DNA of 64,000 nucleotides from a bacterium (lineage in GTDB: Bacteria; SAR324; NAC60-12): NCBI GenBank assembly GCA_965209155.1, contig OZ242383.1, positions 2,400,001 through 2,464,000 on the forward strand. Direction: 5' to 3'. Of the stretch, positions 20,763 to 29,750 are shown piece by piece. A model generated the notes under the pieces. The model was given only the letters and a program-made list of their open reading frames with translations, did not search any database and had not been told where the DNA came from. The position numbers and the translations under genes are program-made. How positions within the stretch are numbered: the first letter of the stretch is position 1; every line of letters begins with the position of its first letter.

Positions 20763-22565
20763 TCAATTGATCACTGGCGTAAAACGTTGAATAGCACGGT
20801 GGACTTCTTCTCCATCCAATGTTTCTTTTTCCATCAGCAATTTTGCTAAATACTCCAATGATTGACGGTGCATAATCAATATGTCACGTGCTCTTGTGTA
20901 GCATTTGGTAATCAATTCTTTCACTTCCAAATCAACAAGCTGCGCAGTTTCATCACTGTATGCCTTATGCATCAACAAATCCTTCCCCAAGAAAACCGGG
21001 TCCCCGTCATCCGCGCAAGTCAAGGGTCCCAGTTTTTCATTCATCCCCCATTGGCAGACCATTTTCCGGGCTAAATCTGTCGCTTTTTTCAAGTCATCAC
21101 TGGCTCCCGTCGTGAATCTGTTGAACACCAGGTGTTCTGCTGCGCGTCCGCCCATCATCATGGCAATATGTCCCAGTAATCCCTGTTGCGTATGACTATG
21201 ACGATCTTCCGTAGGCAGCAACTGGGTAACCCCCAATGCGCGACCTCTCGGAATAATGGTCACTTTGTGCACTGGGTCGACCTCCGGAATGCTGGCGGCT
21301 ACCAATGCGTGTCCGGCTTCATGGTAAGCAGTGGTTTCTTTTTCTTCTTCGCTGATGAGCAGGCTTTTTCGTTCCGCTCCCATCAACACTTTATCCTTGG
21401 CATATTCAAAATCGTCCAGGTCCACAACCGATTTGTCCTTCCGTGCCGCCCACAATGCGGCTTCATTGCATAAATTCGCCAAATCTGCTCCTGTGAAACC
21501 AGGAGTGCCACGGGCGATCACTCGCAGGTCGACGGATTCTTCCAATTCAATGGTGCGTGTATGGACGTTCAAAATCGATTCTCTGCCATTGATATCGGGA
21601 AGAGGAACGTTGATATGCCGGTCAAAACGACCGGGTCGCAGCAGGGCAGAATCCAAGACATCCGGACGATTGGTGGCAGCGACAATAATCACGCCATTGT
21701 TCGTATCGAATCCATCCATCTCCACAAGCAACTGATTGAGCGTTTGTTCGCGTTCGTCATTTCCTCCTCCCAATCCGGCGCCTCGACTGCGCCCCACTGC
21801 ATCGATTTCATCAATAAAAATTATACAGGGAGCCGTCTTTTTTCCTTGTTCGAATAAATCGCGAACCCGGCTCGCCCCCACACCCACGAACATCTCGACA
21901 AAATCGGAACCGCTGATACTGAAGAAAGGCACTCCCGCTTCTCCCGCAATGGCTTTTGCCAGCAAGGTCTTTCCTGTTCCCGGATTACCCACCAATAAGA
22001 CGCCTCGTGGAATCTCACCTCCCAACGCTTCGAATTTCTGAGGATCGGAAAGGAAATCCACGATTTCCCCCAGTTCTTCCCGGGCTTCATCGATACCAGC
22101 CACGTCCTTGAAGGTCACCGCGTGGTCGTTCCCTTCAGTCACCCGAGCACGGATCTTGCCAAATCCCAGGGTCTTATTGCTTCCCCCTTGAAACTGGCGC
22201 ATGAAAATAATCCAAATGCCAATGATCAATAGAATCGGCAACCAACTGTTCAAAATCGACCAGAATATCCCGCCTCTCGAATCCGATTCCACCCGAATTC
22301 CCACTTCATGCTGCTCCAGGAATTCAATCAACTGAGGGTATTCTGGTACGGAAGTTTGAAAAGGTCCGTATTCTTGATTGACTCCATAAATTTCACTGCC
22401 TCTGATAACTACTTCGTTGATACTACCGTGTTCCACCTGTGACAAGAAGTCTGAAAAAGAGATGGAGCGGTCTCCGGAAGAGCGAGAGCCCATGAAATTG
22501 AACAGGAACAGGATCACAAAACCGATGATTAACCAAATGCCGATGTTTTTTATGAATGCATTCAC
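20763..22565 (-). CDS. ftsH: ATP-dependent zinc metalloprotease FtsH
   Basis: Two TMs with [34 protein letters not shown] and HEAGH motifs. Confidence 0.98.
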   Translation of the reverse strand: MNAFIKNIGIWLIIGFVILFLFNFMGSRSSGDRSISFSDFLSQVEHGSINEVVIRGSEIYGVNQEYGPFQTSVPEYPQLIEFLEQHEVGIRVESDSRGGIFWSILNSWLPILLIIGIWIIFMRQFQGGSNKTLGFGKIRARVTEGNDHAVTFKDVAGIDEAREELGEIVDFLSDPQKFEALGGEIPRGVLLVGNPGTGKTLLAKAIAGEAGVPFFSISGSDFVEMFVGVGASRVRDLFEQGKKTAPCIIFIDEIDAVGRSRGAGLGGGNDEREQTLNQLLVEMDGFDTNNGVIIVAATNRPDVLDSALLRPGRFDRHINVPLPDINGRESILNVHTRTIELEESVDLRVIARGTPGFTGADLANLCNEAALWAARKDKSVVDLDDFEYAKDKVLMGAERKSLLISEEEKETTAYHEAGHALVAASIPEVDPVHKVTIIPRGRALGVTQLLPTEDRHSHTQQGLLGHIAMMMGGRAAEHLVFNRFTTGASDDLKKATDLARKMVCQWGMNEKLGPLTCADDGDPVFLGKDLLMHKAYSDETAQLVDLEVKELITKCYTRARDILIMHRQSLEYLAKLLMEKETLDGEEVHRAIQRFTPVIN

Positions 22566-22741
22566 TTCCGCCTCATGACAGAATTAAAATGTGTTGGTAT
22601 GAAAACAGTCCTGATGTAATCACTGAAATTCCCCTCTATGCGTAATTATCTTAATTTTCGTAAAATTTAATATAAAATGATTTCTCGATATTCACAAGCC
22701 AACAACCCGTGAAGGAAAATTTTCAAATTTCTTTGCATCCC

Positions 22742-24604
22742 ATGAAAAAAAACACTCCCCTTGCCGGGAAATTGTCCTACCTGCCTGATCTTCCTGGCGT
22801 GTATCGATATCTGGACGACAGGGGGGAGATCCTTTATATCGGCAAAGCCAAATCTCTCAAAAACCGGGTACGCTCTTATTTCCAACCTTCAGCGCAGCAT
22901 AATCTCCGTTTACAGTTGATGGTTTCCCTGGTGCATGATGTCGATTCCACCGTTACCAATACTGAATCCGAAGCATTGATATTGGAAGCCCATGAGATAA
23001 AAACCCATCAACCTCGCTACAATGTTGAACTCAAAGACGATAAATCCTACCCTTATTTTAAACTCACTACGTATGAGATGTATCCCCGCTTGCTCTTGGT
23101 GCGGGAATCATTTCACAAGCAAGCCGAATATTATGGGCCCTATCCCTCGGTACGGAATGCCCGGCAAGTTTTACGCCTGGTCAATAAGTATTTCTTACTT
23201 CGCACGAGCCGCATGGACCTGGATGGGACAAAAACGTTTCGCCCCTGTCTCAATTTTCAATTGAAACGCTGCCTGGCTCCGTGCCGTGGAACGGTTCCCG
23301 TGAAACAATATGCGGAGGAAATGCGACAGGTGCGTTGGTTCCTGCAAGGGAAATTCCGTCAATTGATTGCATTGCTTCAATCGCGAATGCAAGCTGCATC
23401 CGCCAAAATGGATTTTGAAAAAGCGGCAAAGCTCCGAGATCAAATTCAAGCGACTCAACGGACTTTTGACCGGCAACAGTTTCTCACTCCTGCAAGTGAA
23501 AACCTGGATGTATTGGCTCTCTATCGTGAGGCGGAACTGGCTGGCATCGAGGTCTTTTTCATACGTTATGGGAGATTGCTCTCCAGAGATTTCTTCTTTT
23601 TTGAAGAAGTGGAGAACGCATCCGACGACAACTTACTGGGGCAGGTCCTCAATCGCATATATATAGGCAATCGTTCTGTTGTTCCTCACAAGATTTTATT
23701 ACCTTTTCCTTATTCCGACCAAATTTTGCTCGCCAAGGTTTTGAGTGAGAAAATACAGCGTAAGGTTTCGATTACCGTTCCCCAAAGAGGGAACAAAAAA
23801 CATGCAGTGGAGATGGCATGGCGCAACGCAAAAGTTCACTTACTGGAAAAGAAACAGCAACAGGTCGACCAGGAAACCCTTTTACTGAAAATACAGAGGA
23901 CGTTGCACTTGAAAAGATTGCCCCGCATCATTGAAGCTTTTGATATCTCAAATATCTCCGGATCTCATACCGTGGCATCGATGGTGTCGTGGAAAGATAA
24001 TAAACCCGATAAGGAGAATTACCGTAAATTCAGAATTAAAAATGTGGCGGGACAGGATGACTATCTGAGTATGAAGGAAGTCTTGACCCGACGTTACCTG
24101 AGAAGCGTCTCCGGCGAAAAACCTCTACCGGACTTGATCTTAATCGACGGAGGCAAAGGGCAACTGAGCATTGCGATTCATGTTTTGAAGACACTGGAAA
24201 TCGATTTACGCCAGGTCGATGTGATTGGCCTGGCAAAAGGACGAACGGAAAAAAGGAAAGGTCTGCCTCCTCTCCGGGAAGAAGATTTCGAATATATAGT
24301 AAAACCCAATCAGAAAAACGAAATACGACTCAATCGTCATTCTGCGGTTCTGCATTCGTTACAGAAAATCCGGGATGAATCCCACCGCTTCGCAATCACC
24401 TACCATCGCAGTCTCCGCCGGAAAGCTTCACTCCATTCGGTGCTCGATGAGATTGAAAGTATTGGTCCATCTCGTAAAAAAAAGTTGCTCAGACATTTCG
24501 GAAGTTTGAGTAAAATAAAGAATGCGTCCGAAGAATCCCTGCAGGAGGTTCCTGGTATTTCTCAACTCGTCGCTCAGGCGATTTATCAATACTTCCATCA
24601 ATAA
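22742..24604 (+). CDS. uvrC: Excinuclease ABC subunit C
   Basis: GIY-YIG (PGVY...YIGKAKSLKNRV), UVR domain, FDISN, PDLILIDGGKGQL, RDESHRFA and C-terminal HhH. Confidence 0.97.
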   Translation: MKKNTPLAGKLSYLPDLPGVYRYLDDRGEILYIGKAKSLKNRVRSYFQPSAQHNLRLQLMVSLVHDVDSTVTNTESEALILEAHEIKTHQPRYNVELKDDKSYPYFKLTTYEMYPRLLLVRESFHKQAEYYGPYPSVRNARQVLRLVNKYFLLRTSRMDLDGTKTFRPCLNFQLKRCLAPCRGTVPVKQYAEEMRQVRWFLQGKFRQLIALLQSRMQAASAKMDFEKAAKLRDQIQATQRTFDRQQFLTPASENLDVLALYREAELAGIEVFFIRYGRLLSRDFFFFEEVENASDDNLLGQVLNRIYIGNRSVVPHKILLPFPYSDQILLAKVLSEKIQRKVSITVPQRGNKKHAVEMAWRNAKVHLLEKKQQQVDQETLLLKIQRTLHLKRLPRIIEAFDISNISGSHTVASMVSWKDNKPDKENYRKFRIKNVAGQDDYLSMKEVLTRRYLRSVSGEKPLPDLILIDGGKGQLSIAIHVLKTLEIDLRQVDVIGLAKGRTEKRKGLPPLREEDFEYIVKPNQKNEIRLNRHSAVLHSLQKIRDESHRFAITYHRSLRRKASLHSVLDEIESIGPSRKKKLLRHFGSLSKIKNASEESLQEVPGISQLVAQAIYQYFHQ

Positions 24605-25422
24605 CGATTCCCACTCCATTCCCCGGAATTGCGTGCGGGTATTGCGCGAGTTTTAAGAAATGCGTGTGTTTTCGGGATTTTTCCCAAGTGGTACTGAAAA
24701 TAGGCTGAAAACGCATCATCCAGCTCCCTGGCATTTTGCGTGGTGGGTCGTATATTGAGCGGGTCGAGGGCATCCAGTTCCATATGCAGCAAGTAAGAAA
24801 GCGTTCCCGGGGACAAGGGTAAACAGACGGAAAGACGAAGGGCGCATCGAGGACAGCGGAACCCGCCTTGCGCGCAATCCAGCTGGTGAACCGCCTTTTG
24901 CTTCAGTTGCGGAAGCGTTCCGGCACCCCTCCCCCACAAAGGACGACTGCACTCGAGGCAGGTATTCGGATCCGGCCAGATTCCCAGTAACTTCAAAAGG
25001 TTTTTTTCAAACTCGAATCTGATTTTCGTATAGGTCGTGCTGGGTTGCAAATTTTCCAATCCGGATAGCAACAAATCAAAAAAATGGAGGGCCTCTTGCG
25101 GGTCGATCACGCAAAGGTGAATCCATTCGGCAAAATAAGATGCATACAGGATTTTTTCATAACTGAGTCGAATAGGATAGAAACTGTTCAAAAGCCCCAA
25201 TTTTCGGATACGGACCATTTCGGCATGAGGTTTCTCCACATATTGAACATTGACATGGGTAAAAGGTTCTGAAATCCCGAGGTGCGCGGAATTGATTCTT
25301 TTCGCTCCTTTGAGAACGCCTGTTTTTTTCCCCTGATCTTTAGTCAGCAACGTAATAATCTTGTCATATTCATGGAAGTCGATTTGCTTGATAATCAGTC
25401 CTTCCGAGAATTGTGGTTTCAT
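24598..25422 (-). CDS. recO: DNA repair protein RecO
   Basis: E.DKIITLLT...GK....KGA OB-fold, FE..LL..LG..P and a CxxC...CxxC zinc finger. Confidence 0.9.
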   Translation of the reverse strand: MKPQFSEGLIIKQIDFHEYDKIITLLTKDQGKKTGVLKGAKRINSAHLGISEPFTHVNVQYVEKPHAEMVRIRKLGLLNSFYPIRLSYEKILYASYFAEWIHLCVIDPQEALHFFDLLLSGLENLQPSTTYTKIRFEFEKNLLKLLGIWPDPNTCLECSRPLWGRGAGTLPQLKQKAVHQLDCAQGGFRCPRCALRLSVCLPLSPGTLSYLLHMELDALDPLNIRPTTQNARELDDAFSAYFQYHLGKIPKTHAFLKTRAIPARNSGEWSGNRY

Positions 25423-25444
25423 GGTGGTTGATCCATCCTGCTAT

Positions 25445-26614
25445 TCAGCTGTTTCCTTCATTGAAGATTTCGCGACCAATCAACATACGACGTATTTCAT
25501 TGGTCCCCGCGCCGATATCATAGAGTTTGGCATCGCGCAGCAAACGGCCGGTCGGATACTCATTGATATACCCATTTCCTCCGAGGCTCTGAATGGCTTC
25601 CAGGGCGACTCTCACCGAGTTTTCGGATGCAAAAAGCAGGCAGGACGCCGTGTCTCGTCGAGAAACCCGGTTCAAGTCACAATTGTTCGCCACCCGGTAG
25701 ACAAAGGCGCGCGAGGCTTGCAGGGCGGTATACATATCTGCGATTTTTCCTTGCATCAATTCAAAGGATCCGATGGGCTGGTTGAACTGGGTGCGCTCAT
25801 GAAGATACGGTAGCGTGATATCCATGGCGGCTTGCATAAGACCAAGCGGCCCTCCTGCCAGCACCACCCGCTCCAGGTTCAAACCCCGCATCAGTACGCG
25901 TGTGCCCCGGTTGATCTCTCCAATTCGATTCGCTTCCGGAATTTCACAATCTTCAAACACCAACTCGCAGGTACTGGAACCTCGCATTCCCAATTTGTCC
26001 AGTTTTTGCGCCGTGTGAAATCCCTTCATTCCTTTTTCGATAACGAAGGGGGTGACGGAATGGGGTTCCATTTCCTTGCCGGCAGTTCTCATATAGACCA
26101 ACAAGACGTCGGCTTCCGGCCCGTTGGTGATCCACATTTTGGAACCATTGGCGACCCACCCCTTCCCTTGTCTCACGGCCGTACAGTTCATCGATCCGAT
26201 CACGTCCGATCCCGCTCCCGGTTCCGACATGGCCAGGGCGCCCACGAACTCTCCCGTACAAAGCTTCGGCAAATATTTCCGTCGCTGGTCTTCATTGCCG
26301 TTCAAATACAAATTGTTGACGCACAAATTGGAGTGGGCGCCATAGGAAAGGCCGACGGAAGCGGAGGCTCGTGAAATTTCTTCCATAGCCACCACGTGGG
26401 CCAGGTAACTCATGCCCGACCCTCCATATGACGGCGGTATGGTAATGCCGAGCAACCCCATTTCCCCCATTTTTTGCCATAGCTCTTGAGGGAATTCGTT
26501 TTTTTGATCGATCTCGTCTGCAATCGGCGCAATTTCAGCAGCGGCAAACTGGTGGGTGGATTCGCGAAGCAAATCAATTTCCTGGCTCAAATGCGTATCC
26601 CAAATCATCGTCAC
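25445..26614 (-). CDS. ivd: Isovaleryl-CoA dehydrogenase
   Basis: HVVAMEEISRASASVGLSYGAHSNLC, AMSEPGAGSD and RDAKLYDIGAGTNEIRRMLIGR motifs. Confidence 0.9.
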   Translation of the reverse strand: MTMIWDTHLSQEIDLLRESTHQFAAAEIAPIADEIDQKNEFPQELWQKMGEMGLLGITIPPSYGGSGMSYLAHVVAMEEISRASASVGLSYGAHSNLCVNNLYLNGNEDQRRKYLPKLCTGEFVGALAMSEPGAGSDVIGSMNCTAVRQGKGWVANGSKMWITNGPEADVLLVYMRTAGKEMEPHSVTPFVIEKGMKGFHTAQKLDKLGMRGSSTCELVFEDCEIPEANRIGEINRGTRVLMRGLNLERVVLAGGPLGLMQAAMDITLPYLHERTQFNQPIGSFELMQGKIADMYTALQASRAFVYRVANNCDLNRVSRRDTASCLLFASENSVRVALEAIQSLGGNGYINEYPTGRLLRDAKLYDIGAGTNEIRRMLIGREIFNEGNS

Positions 26615-27336
26615 TCATTGTTCGTATTTTTTTCCTCCTCTTGCTCTTCCATTCTCACTTTGGAAAGAGCGGATGAAAACAACCCGGTTGGCACGGCAAC
26701 GATTCCCAAGCCGATCACCAGTATGAAGAAGGTGAATATTCTTCCTCCAGGCGTAATTGGGTACATATCGCCATATCCCACCGTACTCAGGGTGGCCACC
26801 GCCCACCAAAGGCTGTGAAAAACACTTTTAAATATTTCTGGTTGAGCTTCACTTTCGAAATAATATATTCCTAAGGCCGAAATATATAAAAGTATTCCGG
26901 TAACCATGCTGAATAAGACAATTTCTTCTCTGGCAATGACAAATGCCCGGGAAAATCTGTCAATTGCCTTGTTGTAACGCAGTATCTTCATTAATTGAAA
27001 AATACGCATCATTCTGAAAATTCTCAACGATGTCAGGTCAATTCCGATTGCAAGATAAAAAGGCAGCACGGCAACCAGATCGATTATTCCATAGAAGCTC
27101 AGCACGTAACCCATTTTCCTGTCGGCAACGTACAACCTGAGCAAGTATTCGATGGTGAACAGGATCACTATCACTGTTTCTATGATTCGGAGCGCTTGCC
27201 GTGTCGTGCTTGAAAGATCTGGCAGGGTTTCTATGGCGAAGGTGACGACGGATACCAGTATCAGGGCCTGTATCATCAAATCAAACACGCGACCTGCGCT
27301 CGTGTCACTTCTCTCGACTATCGCTTTAATGTCCAT
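26611..27336 (-). CDS. Six-TM voltage-gated-type potassium channel
   Basis: S4-like LRIFRMMRIFQLMKILR and pore WWAVATLSTVGYGD. ATG 27336; TTG 27345 is in frame. Confidence 0.92.
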   Translation of the reverse strand: MDIKAIVERSDTSAGRVFDLMIQALILVSVVTFAIETLPDLSSTTRQALRIIETVIVILFTIEYLLRLYVADRKMGYVLSFYGIIDLVAVLPFYLAIGIDLTSLRIFRMMRIFQLMKILRYNKAIDRFSRAFVIAREEIVLFSMVTGILLYISALGIYYFESEAQPEIFKSVFHSLWWAVATLSTVGYGDMYPITPGGRIFTFFILVIGLGIVAVPTGLFSSALSKVRMEEQEEEKNTNNE

Positions 27337-27337
27337 T

Positions 27338-27423
27338 TTTTCCAAACTTTCAAGCCATACCCCGAACCTGTCGTCTTCTTCGCTATGCGCCGTTCAGGCG
27401 GTCAGTCTCGATAGTTTTGAAAA
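27338..27423. repeat. Inverted doublet of the RAYT-associated ~26-bp motif
   Basis: ttttccaaactttcaagccatacccc (27338-27363) and inverted gcggtcagtctcgatagttttgaaaa (27398-27423). Confidence 0.65.
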
Positions 27424-27456
27424 AGCGGTTGCGGAGCGATTGGATTTTAGCGCATT

Positions 27457-27675
27457 TTATTCCTGATTCATCAGGTCTATGATGTGCGTAAGTATTTCAA
27501 GCGCGTTCATTACTTTAGGATCAGACTTTTCGATAAAGTCATTGCTTATCGAGAAAGAAATGCGATACCCGTTATCACTTCCTTCCACCGTCACCTCTCC
27601 AACATCATTTTCAATACGATTCCCTTCTGTAAACAGGTGCCGAGATAATCTCAGCAATGCATGACTTTTTACCAT
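27457..27675 (-). CDS. Small hypothetical protein (72 aa)
   Basis: Natural-looking ORF with ATG, on the same strand as the downstream channel gene. No recognisable motif. Confidence 0.45.
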   Translation of the reverse strand: MVKSHALLRLSRHLFTEGNRIENDVGEVTVEGSDNGYRISFSISNDFIEKSDPKVMNALEILTHIIDLMNQE

Positions 27676-27723
27676 ATTTGCACTTCAACCTTTTGTTTAA
27701 TTGTACATGATTGTTAAAAGCTA

Positions 27724-27836
27724 ACGTGAATCAGGAGTTAAAAATAGACCAGGAATCCGGTCTATATGATCGTGTCATTCCTTTCTTGACTAGGAATCCA
27801 GTTGGATTCCGGATCATCCAGGTCCCGGATCATGAA
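27724..27836 (+). mobile_element. Degenerate or truncated family A MITE
   Basis: ACGTGAATCAGGAGTTAAAAA left end plus gtgtcattcctttcttgactaggaatcc. No right end recognised. Confidence 0.65.
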
Positions 27837-28120
27837 GGATATAATTGCATTTTGTGCTTTTTTCATTTATGGATCAGTAAGATATGGTCTTATCCCTAAC
27901 AAAATTATTAAGATTTGTCAAGAAAAATTTTTGGTCATTCGTCTGAATGATCTCGCTGGGTTCGGTGAAATATTTTGCAACAATGTCGGGTCTGAAAGTT
28001 TGGAAAAACGGTTTTGGAATGGGATGACTGGTGGGACAGGGTTCATCTATTGAGGAAACGAATCAATCCCGGAATCTCCAAGATCGTCTCAAAACCCTCC
28101 AGGTTCGAATCTTTGCTTGA

Positions 28121-28250
28121 AATTCAAAACTTCCAGGTCTGACCCCTTCACATTGACGCTCGGGTCTCCCCTCGCTTCGGTGAGGGGAGCGGATTGAAAC
28201 TCGATGACCTGGCGCTGCGTCTCAGTCGTCTGGCTTGAAAGTTTGGAAAA
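28121..28250. repeat. Inverted doublet of the RAYT-associated motif enclosing a cUUCGg hairpin
   Basis: aattcaaaacttccaggtctgacccc (28121-28146) and gtcgtctggcttgaaagtttggaaaa (28225-28250). Hairpin ctcccctcgc-ttcg-gtgaggggag at 28166-28189. Confidence 0.7.
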
Positions 28251-28307
28251 GTAGTGTTATTATTTTCTTCAAATCGATTTGACATTCCTTCTCGCCGGTT
28301 TCTGAAG

Positions 28308-29246
28308 ATGGCTCGTAAACCACGCCTTTACTTTCCTGGTGCGCTTTATCATGTGATGCTTCGTGGCAATGGAGGGCAATCCATTTTTTTCAGTCCCCCC
28401 GACTATCGACAATTTTATGACTTGCTCCAAGAAGGTTCCCAACGCTTTGATCACCGGATTCACGCCTTTTGTTTAATGAGCAATCATGTCCATTTAGCCA
28501 TTGAAGTGGGCGAGACCCCTCTTGCTCCGATCATGCAAAATATCTCATTTCGCTACGCGCGTTGGGTGAATCAACGGGAAAAACGCATGGGCCACTTATT
28601 TCAGGGACGTTATAAAGCTTTGTTAGTGGATCAAGAAAACTATTTGTTAGCCTTGATTCGTTATATCCATCTCAATCCGATTCGAGCGGGTGTGGCGAAA
28701 GAGTTGGTTGATTATCCATGGAGCAGCCATTTGGCTTACTTGGGAAAGCGGCGGCTGAAATGGCTGCATATGGATTGGGGATTGTCTCACTTTTCCCCAA
28801 AACGGGGAGAGGCCAGAAAACTTTATGAGGATTATATCCGGAGTGGGTGTAACATGGCTTCGCAGGTCAATTTTCAAAAAGGCTCTGTCCATTCAGAGAT
28901 CATTGGAGAGAATCATTTTGTGACTTCGGTTTTGAAGAAGCTCGAAAACGTCCCCTCTCCTCCTCCTCTTTTAGGTCGGATCATTCATCAAGTGGCTCGA
29001 ATTTATCAACTACCGGAGCAGGAATTGAGAAGTGCCGGGCAGTCACGAAAGTCGAGTGAAGCCCGCGCGATGATTGGCCTGTTGGCATACGATTGGAAGT
29101 CCGCAACGATTCGGGAGGTCGGAAACGTTTTCAATCGAGATGATTCGACGATCAGCTTTGCAGTGCACCGCTTGAGACGACGATTGAAGGAATCCGAGGG
29201 GCTCCAAAATCAATTAGAAGAACTGAAACGTCAAATACTCGATTGA
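28308..29246 (+). CDS. REP-associated tyrosine transposase (RAYT/TnpA-REP, Y1 HUH) with C-terminal DnaA-C-like HTH
   Basis: MARKPR...YHVMLRGN, CLMSNHVHL (HUH), GHLFQGRY, YIHLNP and YPWSS motifs. C-terminal AR........EVG..FNRD.ST...A. Confidence 0.92.
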   Translation: MARKPRLYFPGALYHVMLRGNGGQSIFFSPPDYRQFYDLLQEGSQRFDHRIHAFCLMSNHVHLAIEVGETPLAPIMQNISFRYARWVNQREKRMGHLFQGRYKALLVDQENYLLALIRYIHLNPIRAGVAKELVDYPWSSHLAYLGKRRLKWLHMDWGLSHFSPKRGEARKLYEDYIRSGCNMASQVNFQKGSVHSEIIGENHFVTSVLKKLENVPSPPPLLGRIIHQVARIYQLPEQELRSAGQSRKSSEARAMIGLLAYDWKSATIREVGNVFNRDDSTISFAVHRLRRRLKESEGLQNQLEELKRQILD

Positions 29247-29380
29247 AGTTCCAAACTTCCAAGCCTGACCCAATTTTAAGCTATTCAGAAGAGGAGATCG
29301 GATTTTCATGTCGAGTGAAGAAACTGAAGAAATACCAGGCAGAATTCCGCGAAAGCAGAAATCTTGGATATCTTGAGCGC

Positions 29381-29516
29381 CCCTGGATTCCGGGTCTAGG
29401 CTCTGATTGACACGTTTCTGGATTGGTGTTTTTCACCGGGAATGACATGCTCCTGGATTGGTGTTTTTCGCCGGGAATGACACGCTTTTAGCCTTTTTTT
29501 GCCCGGAATGACACGC
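29381..29516. repeat. Tandem degenerate GGAATGAC half-repeats with a 35-bp period
   Basis: ctggattggtgtttttc(a/g)ccgggaatgaca(t/c)gct at 29418 and 29453, with degenerate units at 29381 and ~29500. Confidence 0.75.
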
Positions 29517-29690
29517 TTAGAACCTGTTTGGAATAAGTTGAGCTTCCTATTGGAAGTGTTCCATGTCCCATTCATTTTGAGAGAAATGAAACCTTAATAA
29601 CAAGGAGTGAACATGGAACATTCAGGTTGTAACAGTGATGTCCGCGTTAAACAATGAAAAGACTTCAAAAGTCCCTTCCCGAACTTTCAC
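29516..29690 (+). mobile_element. IS5-family left-end remnant with decayed transposase start
   Basis: Begins ctTAGAACCTGTTT. The frame MEHSGCNSDVRVKQ*KRLQKSLP resembles the IS5 N-terminal Y.SD..D.QW..L motif. Homologous to 56450-56613 on the minus strand. Confidence 0.65.
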
Positions 29691-29750
29691 TCAAGAAGGT
29701 ATCCCTTCTCAACCCTCGAGGCCACGCCTGTCCCCTTTTCCGAAAAAATA

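Noticed and set aside
29381..29516. Possible CRISPR array
   Set aside because: The units are contiguous and degenerate without unique spacers, no cas genes are present, and they match the dispersed GTCATTCC family.
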